Part shown: positions 1 to 8,472 of the stretch, one piece after another | Position numbering within the stretch: position 1 is the stretch's first letter | Layout: each line of letters opens with the position of its first letter | Program-made: the position numbers and the translations under genes | From: Octopus sinensis | Taxonomy: Eukaryota | Direction of reading: 5' to 3' | Length of the DNA stretch: 11,888 nucleotides | Assembly: GCF_006345805.1 (NCBI RefSeq) | Contig: NW_021826852.1 | Location: 1 to 11,888, forward strand | Notes under the pieces: generated by a model | What the model was told of the DNA's origin: nothing | What the model saw: only the letters and a program-made list of their open reading frames with translations | Databases searched by the model: none

Positions 1-20
1 TGTAGGAAACATATATCCAC

Positions 21-72
21 AGAGAGAGAGGGAGAGAGGGAGAGAGAGAGGGGGAGAGGGGGAGACAGAGAT
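21..72. repeat. (GA)n/GGA-rich purine microsatellite
   Basis: Directly visible AGAGAG/GGAGAG run. Confidence 0.9.
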
Positions 73-705
73 AGACATACTGGCAGAGAGGGGTTCAGAG
101 ATGTATGTTAATCTGTGTTTATCTGAGTGTTCAGTAATAAGGAATTTGTGGATGAAATTCAGAAGGCCGTCTTTAAGGGCCACAATTTTCGCTAGTTTCC
201 CACTCACAATAAAAAAAAAAAGACACTTCCAAAAATGAAAAGAAAAATTATAACTGACAGGCGTTCATTTACATGGCTGCAGTCTGTTAACAGAAACTAG
301 TTCAGTAATAAGAAAAGTGAATTAAAATTTTTCGAAATTTACTCGAAAGGTTTCGTGTTCTCGACGAATCTGTCTAACGATTGGTTGTATTCAAAATCCA
401 ATCAATTGTTTAATGTTTCCCTTTATAATTAGTTTATATTGTAATTATATTTATTGCTCATTTATGTTCATTTTATAAATATTACATTATTATTCGACAC
501 CTATTTTAATTTGAATGTTAATTTTATTTAAATAATAAAAAATGCTTGTTATACTATTTTGAACATATTTTAATTTGAGAATTAATTTTGTTTCCTCATT
601 ATTTCCATAATTACACTATTTCATAATAATAAATTCGCAAAACAATTTTTTCAAATGTAATTGAAAAAAATAAATACATAGGGATTTTGAAAACTGTATT
701 ATAGG

Positions 706-1215
706 TTTCAAATTTTGCCACAAGGCCAGCATTTTCGAGTAAGGAGTTAGGTTGTTGTTGTCGTTTGTTCCTTCTCGAGCCATGTCTGGCTCATAAGGGC
801 CGGTTTCCCGGTTTCTTGGCGTATAGGTTCCCCACCTGGACGGTACGCCGGTCCGTCGCAGGTGATCTGCAAGATGCAGGAGGAAAGAGTGAGAGAAAGT
901 TGTGGCGAAAGAGTCAGCAGAAGTTCACCATTACCTTCTGCCAGAGCTGCGTGGAGCTTAGGTGTTTCGCTCATAAAAGCACACATTCTGAGATTCGAAT
1001 CCGCGATGCCTCGACCGCGAGTCCGCTGCTCTAACCACTAGGCCATGTGCCTCAACAAGGAGTTAAGTCGATAACGTCGACTCCAATGCTCGACTTTTAC
1101 TTACTTTATCGATGAAAAGCAAGTCGACCTCGGCAGAATTTCAACTCAGAAAGTAAAGACGGACGAAATGCAAAACATTTTACCCAGCGTGCTAAGGATT
1201 CTGCCAACTTTCCGC
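706..1215 (-). mobile_element. tRNA-derived SINE, family A (host copy), split by a younger SINE: 5' part 1057-1215, 3' tail 706-749
   Basis: The reverse complement of 1066-1215 aligns with the family A copies at 11310-11749 (GGCAGAATC.TTAGC..., CTGAGTT.AAATT..GCCGAGGTCGACTT, GTCGA..T.ATCGACTTAA). After removing 750-1056 and one TSD copy it continues into a tail GCTGGCCTTGTGGCAAAATTTGAAAC. It is flanked by the 8-bp direct repeat ATTATAGG at 698-705 and 1216-1223. Confidence 0.85.
750..1056 (-). mobile_element. Full-length tRNA-derived SINE, family B head with tail type 1 ending in (ACA)n
   Basis: The minus strand begins GAGGCACATGGCCTAGTGGTTAGAGCAGCGGACTCGCGGTCG (Pol III A box TGGCCTAGTGG, B box GGATTCGAATCT) and ends GAACAAACGACAACAACAAC. 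A perfect 9-bp TSD AAGGAGTTA lies at 741-749 and 1057-1065. Confidence 0.92.
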
Positions 1216-1522
1216 ATTATAGGCTCACATATATCAAGATAAAGCTTAGACAGAAATGATAGCAAGGGGGTAAAAACAAATGAAGCTTGTGCAAGTATGC
1301 CCCTGGGGCCCCGGATTATCACACTTTGAATTCTAAGTTGTTATCATGTTAAGGTCACTAATACCATATATTTTCCAAAATCGAGAAGAGAAAATAATTC
1401 ACTGAAACTATTTAATATTCCCAACAGTTTCAGAACGATAGGCTGTAATATTAAGAAGATCTGAATAGATTCACTAGCTGGATCGTCCATGAATCCTTAA
1501 TTTTCCTTTAGCATGCCTAGAG

Positions 1523-1640
1523 CAGTGACTCTCTTACTTGGGGTCCATATGACCCTTCGCGGGTCTATACAAGATTTTATTGTCCAATGAGACTTAAATG
1601 TAAATAATAGATATGCAGCAATATTTAGGAATAAAATTAC
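1523..1640 (+). mobile_element. Possible left end of a decayed hAT (Charlie-like) non-autonomous DNA transposon
   Basis: CAGTGACTCTCTTACTTGGGGTCCATATGACCC resembles Charlie-type termini (CAGTG.TTCTCAA...GGGGTCC). It is preceded by GCCTAGAG (1515-1522), close to the NTCTAGAN target consensus. No right TIR was found and the right boundary is a guess. Confidence 0.35.
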
Positions 1641-1679
1641 AGTAGGCCACAGTTTGACTAGTAACTTAGCTACTATCAT

Positions 1680-2210
1680 AAAGGAAAGAAAAAGGTCAAT
1701 AAATACTTGCCATTACATTTCAATCAACCAAATATAAACCATTTTGTTGCACAATGTGTCTTCATCTTTACTTTAACTTGAAAATACCATCTTCCCAGAA
1801 TTGAGGTGGTTTCATGGCAAAGAATTTATCAAGCTATCTTTTTACGTCATCCAACGAATTGAAATCTTTACCATTAAGACTATTCTGCAGAGATCTGAAT
1901 AAGTGGAAATCCGAAGGAGTAATATCTGGTGAATATGGGGGGTGGGGTAACACATCCCAGCCGAGCTGCAGCAATTTTTGTCTGGTTCCCAAAGCATCAA
2001 GTGCCGAAAATGAACTTCTTATCTTCCATTTTAAAGGGTTACAAAATTAACACAGGTTATAGGAACATAAACCTTCTTCCACGAAAAGATAGCTTAAACT
2101 GTGCTCTAAATGGAGGTGTAGTCAAATCTTATTTCATGGACTCAACCATGTTCTAAAATGAGTGGAAAGGTAAGCTACTATGAATCGGCACGAACTTTCC
2201 GGACAACCCA

Positions 2211-2213
<3 letters not shown>
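1680..2213 (-). mobile_element. Internally deleted mariner (Tc1/mariner, DD34D-type) transposon with one intact TIR
   Basis: Mariner-like TIR TTGGGTTGTCCGGAAAGTTCGTGCCGATT (minus strand, 2183-2211) next to TA at 2212-2213, followed by a 5' UTR and transposase remnants. No matching second TIR was seen near 1680. Confidence 0.88.
1720..2029 (-). pseudogene. Mariner transposase pseudogene: N-terminal stub fused to the C-terminal ~90 codons
   Basis: 1992-1720 translates to LGTRQKLLQLGWDVLPHPPYSPDITPSDFHLFRSLQNSLNGKDFNSLDDVKR*LDKFFAMKPPQFWEDGIFKLK*R*RHIVQQNGLYLVD*. This contains the mariner YSPDLAPSD-like motif and 3 internal stops. The ATG at 2029 gives MEDK(K)VHFRHLMLW, a mariner-like N-terminus, after a 1-nt frameshift. 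Confidence 0.9.
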
Positions 2214-2351
<138 letters not shown>

Positions 2352-2399
2352 GCAGCAGTCAGAGAGAAAGGCAAAAGACAAGTAGGTATCAACATAGAT

Positions 2400-2522
2400 G
2401 TATAGAAGATATATGTGCATTTGTACATATATATTTGTATGTATATACGTGTGTATGTGTTTGTGTGTTTGTGTACATATATACGCAGACGTTAACATAT
2501 GAATGTTTATATGTTTGTGCAC
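2400..2522. repeat. Degenerate (TA)/(TG) low-complexity tract
   Basis: Alternating purine-pyrimidine runs are visible. Confidence 0.7.
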
Positions 2523-3301
2523 GTAATTATGTTTCTGTGTCAGTTTGTTGTAGTATCTGAGTTTGTAAATCGATATAGAGAGAAAAAAAGTGTGTACAGT
2601 TACTACCTTCTATGCAAAAAATCGGAGTTGATTGATTTTATAAAATAAGCACTCGAGTGAAGTCAAAACTAATGTCGACATATTTCACTAAATCCTTTTA
2701 AAGTTTTCGTCCAAACACCACTACAGCCGAATGAATGAAAGCAGAATACAGACCAATTAACTAGAGACCCTATTGGGTTAATAATAATCAATGCCGAGTA
2801 AAAAGATTGAAAACTAAACACAGATATCATCTCCGTCTGGCAATGGACAGACGTTTGGTCTAGAACTACATATGCCATCAACTGAAGCGTTACTGATTGC
2901 TACGAACCTGATGTAATTACGAGGTGTTTTGATAGCAAGGTTGCACAGTATAATTGTATGCTACTGGTTACCTAGATACAGCGTTCCTGATTTCCATATG
3001 TAAACTGATAATATAATTTAGTATTATTACATGGTTAAAAGTGTTGAGATGTTGGATTGTGTGGATGTCGAGGTGTTGTTGGGGGGGGGGGTTGATTTCG
3101 GGTGTGTTGCTAGGGAGATATTGTAATGGCATATCTACGTACATGTGCATCTATGTATTCATACACAGAGAGACAGGCACAGATGCTTGCACACATACAT
3201 ACACACACAATATATACATGTGAGCGTCGATAAAGCAGTACATGTTACATATATTGATTATGTATTTCGCATCCTGACCGAGAAACCTTATATATCTACT
3301 G

Positions 3302-3304
<3 letters not shown>

Positions 3305-3378
<74 letters not shown>

Positions 3379-3452
3379 TATGTATATATGTATGTATATT
3401 GTATGTTACGCGTGTGTGTGCTGTATATATTTATATACGTGTGTGTGTGTGT
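3305..3452. repeat. (TA)n followed by (TG)n microsatellite
   Basis: Directly visible. Confidence 0.92.
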
Positions 3453-4237
3453 CCGAGTGTAGCCTCGAGCAATATATAACTGCTTATTGGATTATAACTT
3501 GTTTCCATGATGATACAGTCGAGTCCGCATAGGTCGTTGCACCTGACAATATGGACGATATATATATATATAGTACAAAGTAAGATAGGGGTTATGGGTG
3601 TAACCCACTTTGGGATAGCATTTATCCAATATACATAGGCTGAAACAGCTGTAAAAAGTGATTTTAATTATTTCAATGATTTATATTATGACTTTTATAA
3701 TTTGTATTCTTATCTTATATGTATTGAATTACAAGATATATATGTATGCTATTGATGTTCTCATTTTGTTAAATGAATAAAATACTCCAACATTATAATA
3801 TCCGAAAGTTGATGAACAAACTAAATTTGTTTCTCCATTTTCATATTTATATATATATATATTTATTGAAATGGATAATGAATTATCTTGTTAAGGATTA
3901 TTCAAAATTTAACCGATACCTGGTAGCAAAATCACAACAGAAAAAACACGGTTGAAGTTACGACTTGGGGTGTTGCAACCGTGCCTTAGCGCGGATATAT
4001 ATATATATTATATTAAATTAGAGATAAAACCACTATTAGGTAAATCAAACAATGAAAAACTTAAGCCAACACATAAAATTAATTAATTTATATTATTTTA
4101 AATATATATCAAAATTATTAAAAGTTTAATAAAGATAATGAGTAATTTAATATAATATAATATTTTACTATAAAATTGGATTCAATCCTAAATCTGATTT
4201 TTCCCTGTAAGTTTGGATTTATTCCCTAATATTTTAT

Positions 4238-4360
4238 TATATATATATGTATGTATGTATTTATATATATATATATATATATATATTATTATATATATAT
4301 ATTATATATATAATATATTAATATATATTATATATATATAATATATATATATATACATAT
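4238..4360. repeat. (TA)n microsatellite with TTA/TAA interruptions
   Basis: Directly visible. Confidence 0.93.
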
Positions 4361-4362
4361 AA

Positions 4363-4500
4363 GGACGAATAGCCAAGTGTTTCGGGCGTTGCGACGATCG
4401 CAACATCTTGGTTTGAATTCCTGTAGCGGATGATGCGTTTTGTTCTTGACCAATACTACAAAACCCGAGCCGTACTACATCGTGCAACTGTTCAGGAAAC
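4363..4500 (+). mobile_element. Old, diverged tRNA-derived SINE head
   Basis: A-box-like TAGCCAAGTGT (4370-4380) and B-box-like GGTTTGAATTCC (4410-4421) at tRNA spacing, with a hairpin GTTGCGA-CGA-TCGCAAC (4388-4404) between them, then GCGTTTTGTTCTTGACCAA resembling SINE post-tRNA segments. The 3' limit is uncertain. Confidence 0.55.
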
Positions 4501-4804
4501 GTTGATGTCATAGAGAGCTTGAGCTGAGGTACAACACATACATCTTACCACTACGTACAAAGCATTTGTGCAGTTAGTTCCGCAAAAACTTATCACACAT
4601 ACACAGACTTCGACAGGAGATTTCGGCACGAAAGTGTGCGTATATGCATATATGTTCGTCTCTTCTTCTGATAAAGTAGGAGCTGGATTCTAACGAAGAC
4701 ATGAAGCTTCATCTTTGTATTGCAACAGCAAGGGCTTGGGAAAACAATGTCATATTTTAAACTTCGGAAAAGTCTTACGTTGGTATGTATGTATGTATGT
4801 ATGT

Positions 4805-4907
4805 AAAAAGTCACATTCGATCACAGCACCAGTAACAGTTAAGCTTCGTGCAATGGCGATACTCGATAACGAGGGGCAGCCATAATAATGTATGTATGTA
4901 TGTATGT
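4805..4907 (+). mobile_element. Short, internally deleted copy of the 4964-5681 element with a (TATG)n tail
   Basis: 4839-4882 matches 5465-5509 (TTAAGCTTCGTGCAATGGC.ATACTCGATAACGAGG.GGCAGCCA). 4806-4837 loosely matches the 5' end at 4964-4992. It ends in (TATG)n. Confidence 0.8.
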
Positions 4908-4934
4908 CAGAAAAGTCTTACATTTGTATGTATG

Positions 4935-4963
<29 letters not shown>

Positions 4964-4965
<2 letters not shown>

Positions 4966-5681
4966 GGTCACTTTCGAGTTCTACTGGTAACATGTAACAC
5001 AGTACAACCTATTGCATGGTCGGGTCGTCAGCGACTAAACCGGCAACCCCACCTAGCTTGCTTGGTGAGGAGGGTGTTAATTGAACACCCTGCGGGATGA
5101 AAAACAAAATCCGTCAAAGGGCGGAGGAACTCTTGAGAGTCAACGGCCCTGCAATAAATGTCTTAAGGCTGCATCATGCGCGGGGACATAGAAATAATCG
5201 GACTGAATACCCGATCGCGCGGTTAAACCATTGGTAGTGAAGACTCCTAGCCTTTGTTAGGCATCCTTCTAGGAGAAAGTAACTCAGGTAACTGGGATAA
5301 CTCCGACATAAAACCTGCGCTCAGTGGTTACCGATGATGTTGACTTGTTCTTCCTTTCGGATTATGGCTGCTGTTGTTTAGTGAGTGGGATTGACTCAGT
5401 GCACGCCTTTCCTCCTCACTTAAAAAAAATCTTCTTGCACAGCATTGCACGATAACAACATTGATTAAGCTTCGTGCAATGGCCATACTCGATAACGAGG
5501 AGGCAGCCACCATGTATGTATGTATGTATGTATGTATGTATGTATGTATGTATGCATGCATGCATGCATGCATGCATGTATGTATGTATGTGTGTATGTA
5601 TGTATGTATGTATTTATGTGTATGTATGTATGTATGTATGTATGTATGTATGTATGTATGTATGTATGTATGCATGCATGC
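4964..5681 (+). mobile_element. Non-coding retroelement, probably a non-autonomous RTE-clade derivative, with a long (TATG)n/(CATG)n tail (5512-5681)
   Basis: A ~550-bp GC-richer body bounded by TATG arrays, with a tandem-repeat tail rather than poly(A), as in RTE-type LINEs. GGCATCCTTCTAGGAGAAAGTAACTC resembles RTE 5' UTR motifs from recall (unverified). It has no ORF. Confidence 0.55.
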
Positions 5682-6475
5682 TTGTATAAACACATAGTTC
5701 CATTCTGATGCACCATGGACAATCTTCTTCAATAATTCCCGGATCGACTCTTCAGCTTCTCCATCTTCGTAACATCATCTTCATTTTCGATAGGACCATA
5801 TTTTTGGATATTTTACCTGATTTCTCTGGATTATTCTTATCAGCTTTATGGATTTCATACCGTTTTATTTGGCTTCTAGTCACGAAGTTCTTTTATTTCC
5901 TAATGTTTGTCCGAACATCCCCCTACCCACTGTTTCACAGTAACGCGCCTTAAAAGGTGGTTCTCCACTCCACCATGCTTCTGTTTGTGCACTCAAACGC
6001 ATAGAGATGCCACTTTTCCCCCATGCCCTTGCTATCGCATATGCTTCATCGCCGCCTTTATTCCCACTCACTTGAGCACAATTTCACATCCATGTACACT
6101 TGCTTTCCACAAATAATTTCATAGTAAAATACACGCCAACATGCCACGGTACCACGAATCGACACCACCTAACTCGCCCATTTGCGTACAACAATACCCA
6201 TTAATATACAACACCAGACAGAGAGACGACACTCGCTTATGCTTCCTTCCAGTCCCTGATACACTCAAAAGCATGCACGCCCTTCCTTTCCGTTTTATAT
6301 ACACTCACAATTTCCGATTCGTACTTTCCCTATGTTTCTAATTTTCATTCTTTATGTTTGATGACTGATACACAACCGAAACGTTAAGTCAAACTCTTCA
6401 TTGAATCGTGAAATTAATACCGTATGAAGAGTTCGATGCTTATTATTTTAGTTGGTGTGTATTTTCTTTGACCTG

Positions 6476-6628
<153 letters not shown>

Positions 6629-6657
6629 ATGTATGTATGTGTATATATATATATATA

Positions 6658-6945
6658 TCACGTGATCACGTGACCGACCAGACCATCAGATGTTGCTACA
6701 CATCGCTGATCACAATGCGTTCGCATTGTTTTATCCTTCGAATGACGCCACCTCGCTGGCTAAGCGAGCAGGCCAACAGAAGAAAGATTGAAAGAGTACA
6801 GCAGGGATCACCACCCCCTGCCGGAGCGTCGTGGAGCTGTTACGTGTTTTCGCTCAATAAACACTTACAACGCCCGGTATGAGAATCGAAACTACGATCC
6901 TACGACTGCGAGTCTGCTGCCCTAACCATTGGGCCATTGCGCCTC
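6658..6945 (-). mobile_element. tRNA-derived SINE, family B head with tail type 2
   Basis: The minus strand begins GAGGCGCAATGGCCCAATGGTTAGGGCAGCAGACTCGCAGTCGTAGGATCGTAGTTTCGATTCTC. 6790-6945 is clearly homologous to 7612-7771 and more loosely to 908-1053. The 6658-6786 tail is unrelated to the other two tails. Confidence 0.88.
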
Positions 6946-6998
6946 ACACACACACACACCACACACACCACACACCACACACATATTATATATATATA
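6945..6998. repeat. (CA)n then (TA)n microsatellite
   Basis: Directly visible. Confidence 0.9.
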
Positions 6999-7000
6999 GT

Positions 7001-7362
7001 ACATGGTTCCGGGTTCAGTCCCCACTGTGTGGCACCTTGGCAAGTGTCTTCTCTATAGCCTCGGGCCGACCAAAGCCTTGTGAGTGGATTTGGTAGACGG
7101 AAACTGAAAGAAGCCCGTCGTATATATGTATATATATTATATATCGATATATATGTGCGTTATGTTTGAGTATGTTTTGTCCCCCTAGCATTGCTTGACA
7201 ACCGATGCTGGTGTGTTTATGTCCCCGTCACTTAGCGTTTCGGCAAAAGAGACCGATAGAATAAGTACTGGCTTACAAGAACTAAGTCCCGGGTCGAACT
7301 GCTCGACTAAAAGGCGGTGCTCCAGCATGGCCACAGTCAACTGACTGAAACAAGTAAAGAGT
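7001..7362 (+). mobile_element. 5'-truncated SINE, family D, with an internal (TA)n tract
   Basis: Starts near a B box (GGTTCAGTCCC) followed by GGCACCTTGGCAAGTGTCTT, which resembles the CCTTGGGCAAGT segment of CORE-type SINEs. It has an internal TA run (7121-7155) and ends GACTGAAACAAGTAAAGAGT. Family identity is from recall of a common octopus repeat. Confidence 0.75.
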
Positions 7363-7396
7363 ATATATATATATTATATATATATATATATATATA

Positions 7397-7771
7397 TGGA
7401 TGGAAGCACTCCGTCGGTTACGACGACGAGGGTTCCGGTTGATCCGATCAACGGAACAGCCTGCTCGTGAAATTAACGTTACGTGGCTGAGCACTCCACA
7501 GACACGTGTACCCTTAACGTAGTTCTCGGGGATTTCAGCGTGACACAGAGAGTGACAGTCGGCCCTTTGAAATACAGGCACAACAGAAACAGGAAGTAAG
7601 AGAAAGTTGTGGTGAATAGTACAGCAGGGATCACCACCATCCCTGCCGGAGCCTCGTGGAGATTTTAGGTGTTTTCGCTCAATAGACACTCACAACGCCC
7701 GGTCTGGGAATCGAAACCGCGATCCTACGACCGCGAGTCCGCTGCCCTAACCACTGGACCATTGCGCCTCC
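7397..7771 (-). mobile_element. Full-length tRNA-derived SINE, family B head with tail type 3, inserted in (TA)n
   Basis: The minus strand begins GGAGGCGCAATGGTCCAGTGGTTAGGGCAGCGGACTCGCGGTCGTAGGATCGCGGTTTCGATTCCC (A and B boxes) and ends GTGCTTCCATCCA. TA runs lie on both sides (7362-7397, 7774-7793). Confidence 0.92.
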
Positions 7772-8256
7772 ACATATATATATATATATATATAGCATCA
7801 CGCACACACATACACGTGTGCGTTGGTACACACGCACTTATTGATGACCTCACTCTCTTCATAATACACATTCCCTCATTACGATATCTGCCAAGCAAAC
7901 AATGATCATTTACAAACCTGAACGCGCATGGATCTTTTGCTATATTAAGCCACGCGTATTTGCGTACACAGAGTCCGTAGCGAATAAATGTATATTTGCT
8001 TTTATCGACATGTAACTAAGCTATTAACGTTGTTTAATAATTAACTGATTATTAGGATGCTCCCGGCCTGACGATTAAACAAGCAACGATAGCAATATTA
8101 ATATGGAAGTAAATCTTGAAAGTACAATGGAAGCTTATAAGCAGTCAAACCGTATGCTAAAAATAGCAGCCAAATATCCGTTGTCCCTTTTACTGCAAAT
8201 TAAATTTCATGGTTAGTCTAGTTTATGATGTTAAATATAAGCAAAAAGAAAAAAAA

Positions 8257-8324
8257 TTAATAACAATAATAATAATAATGATAAGAAGAAGAAGAATAAT
8301 AATAATAATAAGAAGAAGAACAAG

Positions 8325-8401
<77 letters not shown>

Positions 8402-8416
8402 TAATAATAATTATAA
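8257..8416. repeat. Compound trinucleotide microsatellite (AAT)/(AAG)/(AAC)
   Basis: Directly visible. It explains the poly-I/R/T ORFs. Confidence 0.96.
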
Positions 8417-8472
8417 TTTCGTTTTTGGATTTGGTTTGCAAGATTCTTTATATGAGTTCGTGTGTTGAAGCA

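Noticed and set aside
379-403. Inverted CCAAT pair (GATTGG...CCAATC) suggesting a promoter
   Set aside because: Short motifs are expected by chance, and no gene or transcription start is supported nearby.
747-1034. ORFs 747-986 and 765-1034; similarly 7282-7689, 11294-11542 and 11478-11741
   Set aside because: They lie within SINE copies and are chance open frames in GC-richer repeat sequence.
1814-2156. Plus-strand ORFs over the mariner
   Set aside because: They are antisense to the real (broken) transposase frame.
3642-3653. GAAACAGCTGTA resembling the GAAA-palindromic stem III half of a minimal hammerhead
   Set aside because: There is no CUGANGA-like core or stem I upstream, so half a motif is insufficient.
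3947-3983. 8-bp inverted repeat CACGGTTG/CAACCGTG
   Set aside because: It is an isolated hairpin with no supporting context and may belong to an unclassified repeat end.
4005-4240. Very AT-rich segment that feels like a common octopus repeat
   Set aside because: There is no internal evidence (no TSD, TIR or second copy), and recall alone is not enough.
4995-5080. Possible twister ribozyme (TAAC...GAGGAGGGTGTTA)
   Set aside because: The loop L4 and pseudoknot pairings (CC/GG, GC/GC) could not be fitted. It is retained only as a generic structured-leader hypothesis.
7700-7771. tRNA-like sequence (also 985-1053 and 6875-6945)
   Set aside because: A and B boxes are present but there is no complete acceptor stem or cloverleaf, and each continues into a SINE body. 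They are SINE heads, not tRNA genes.
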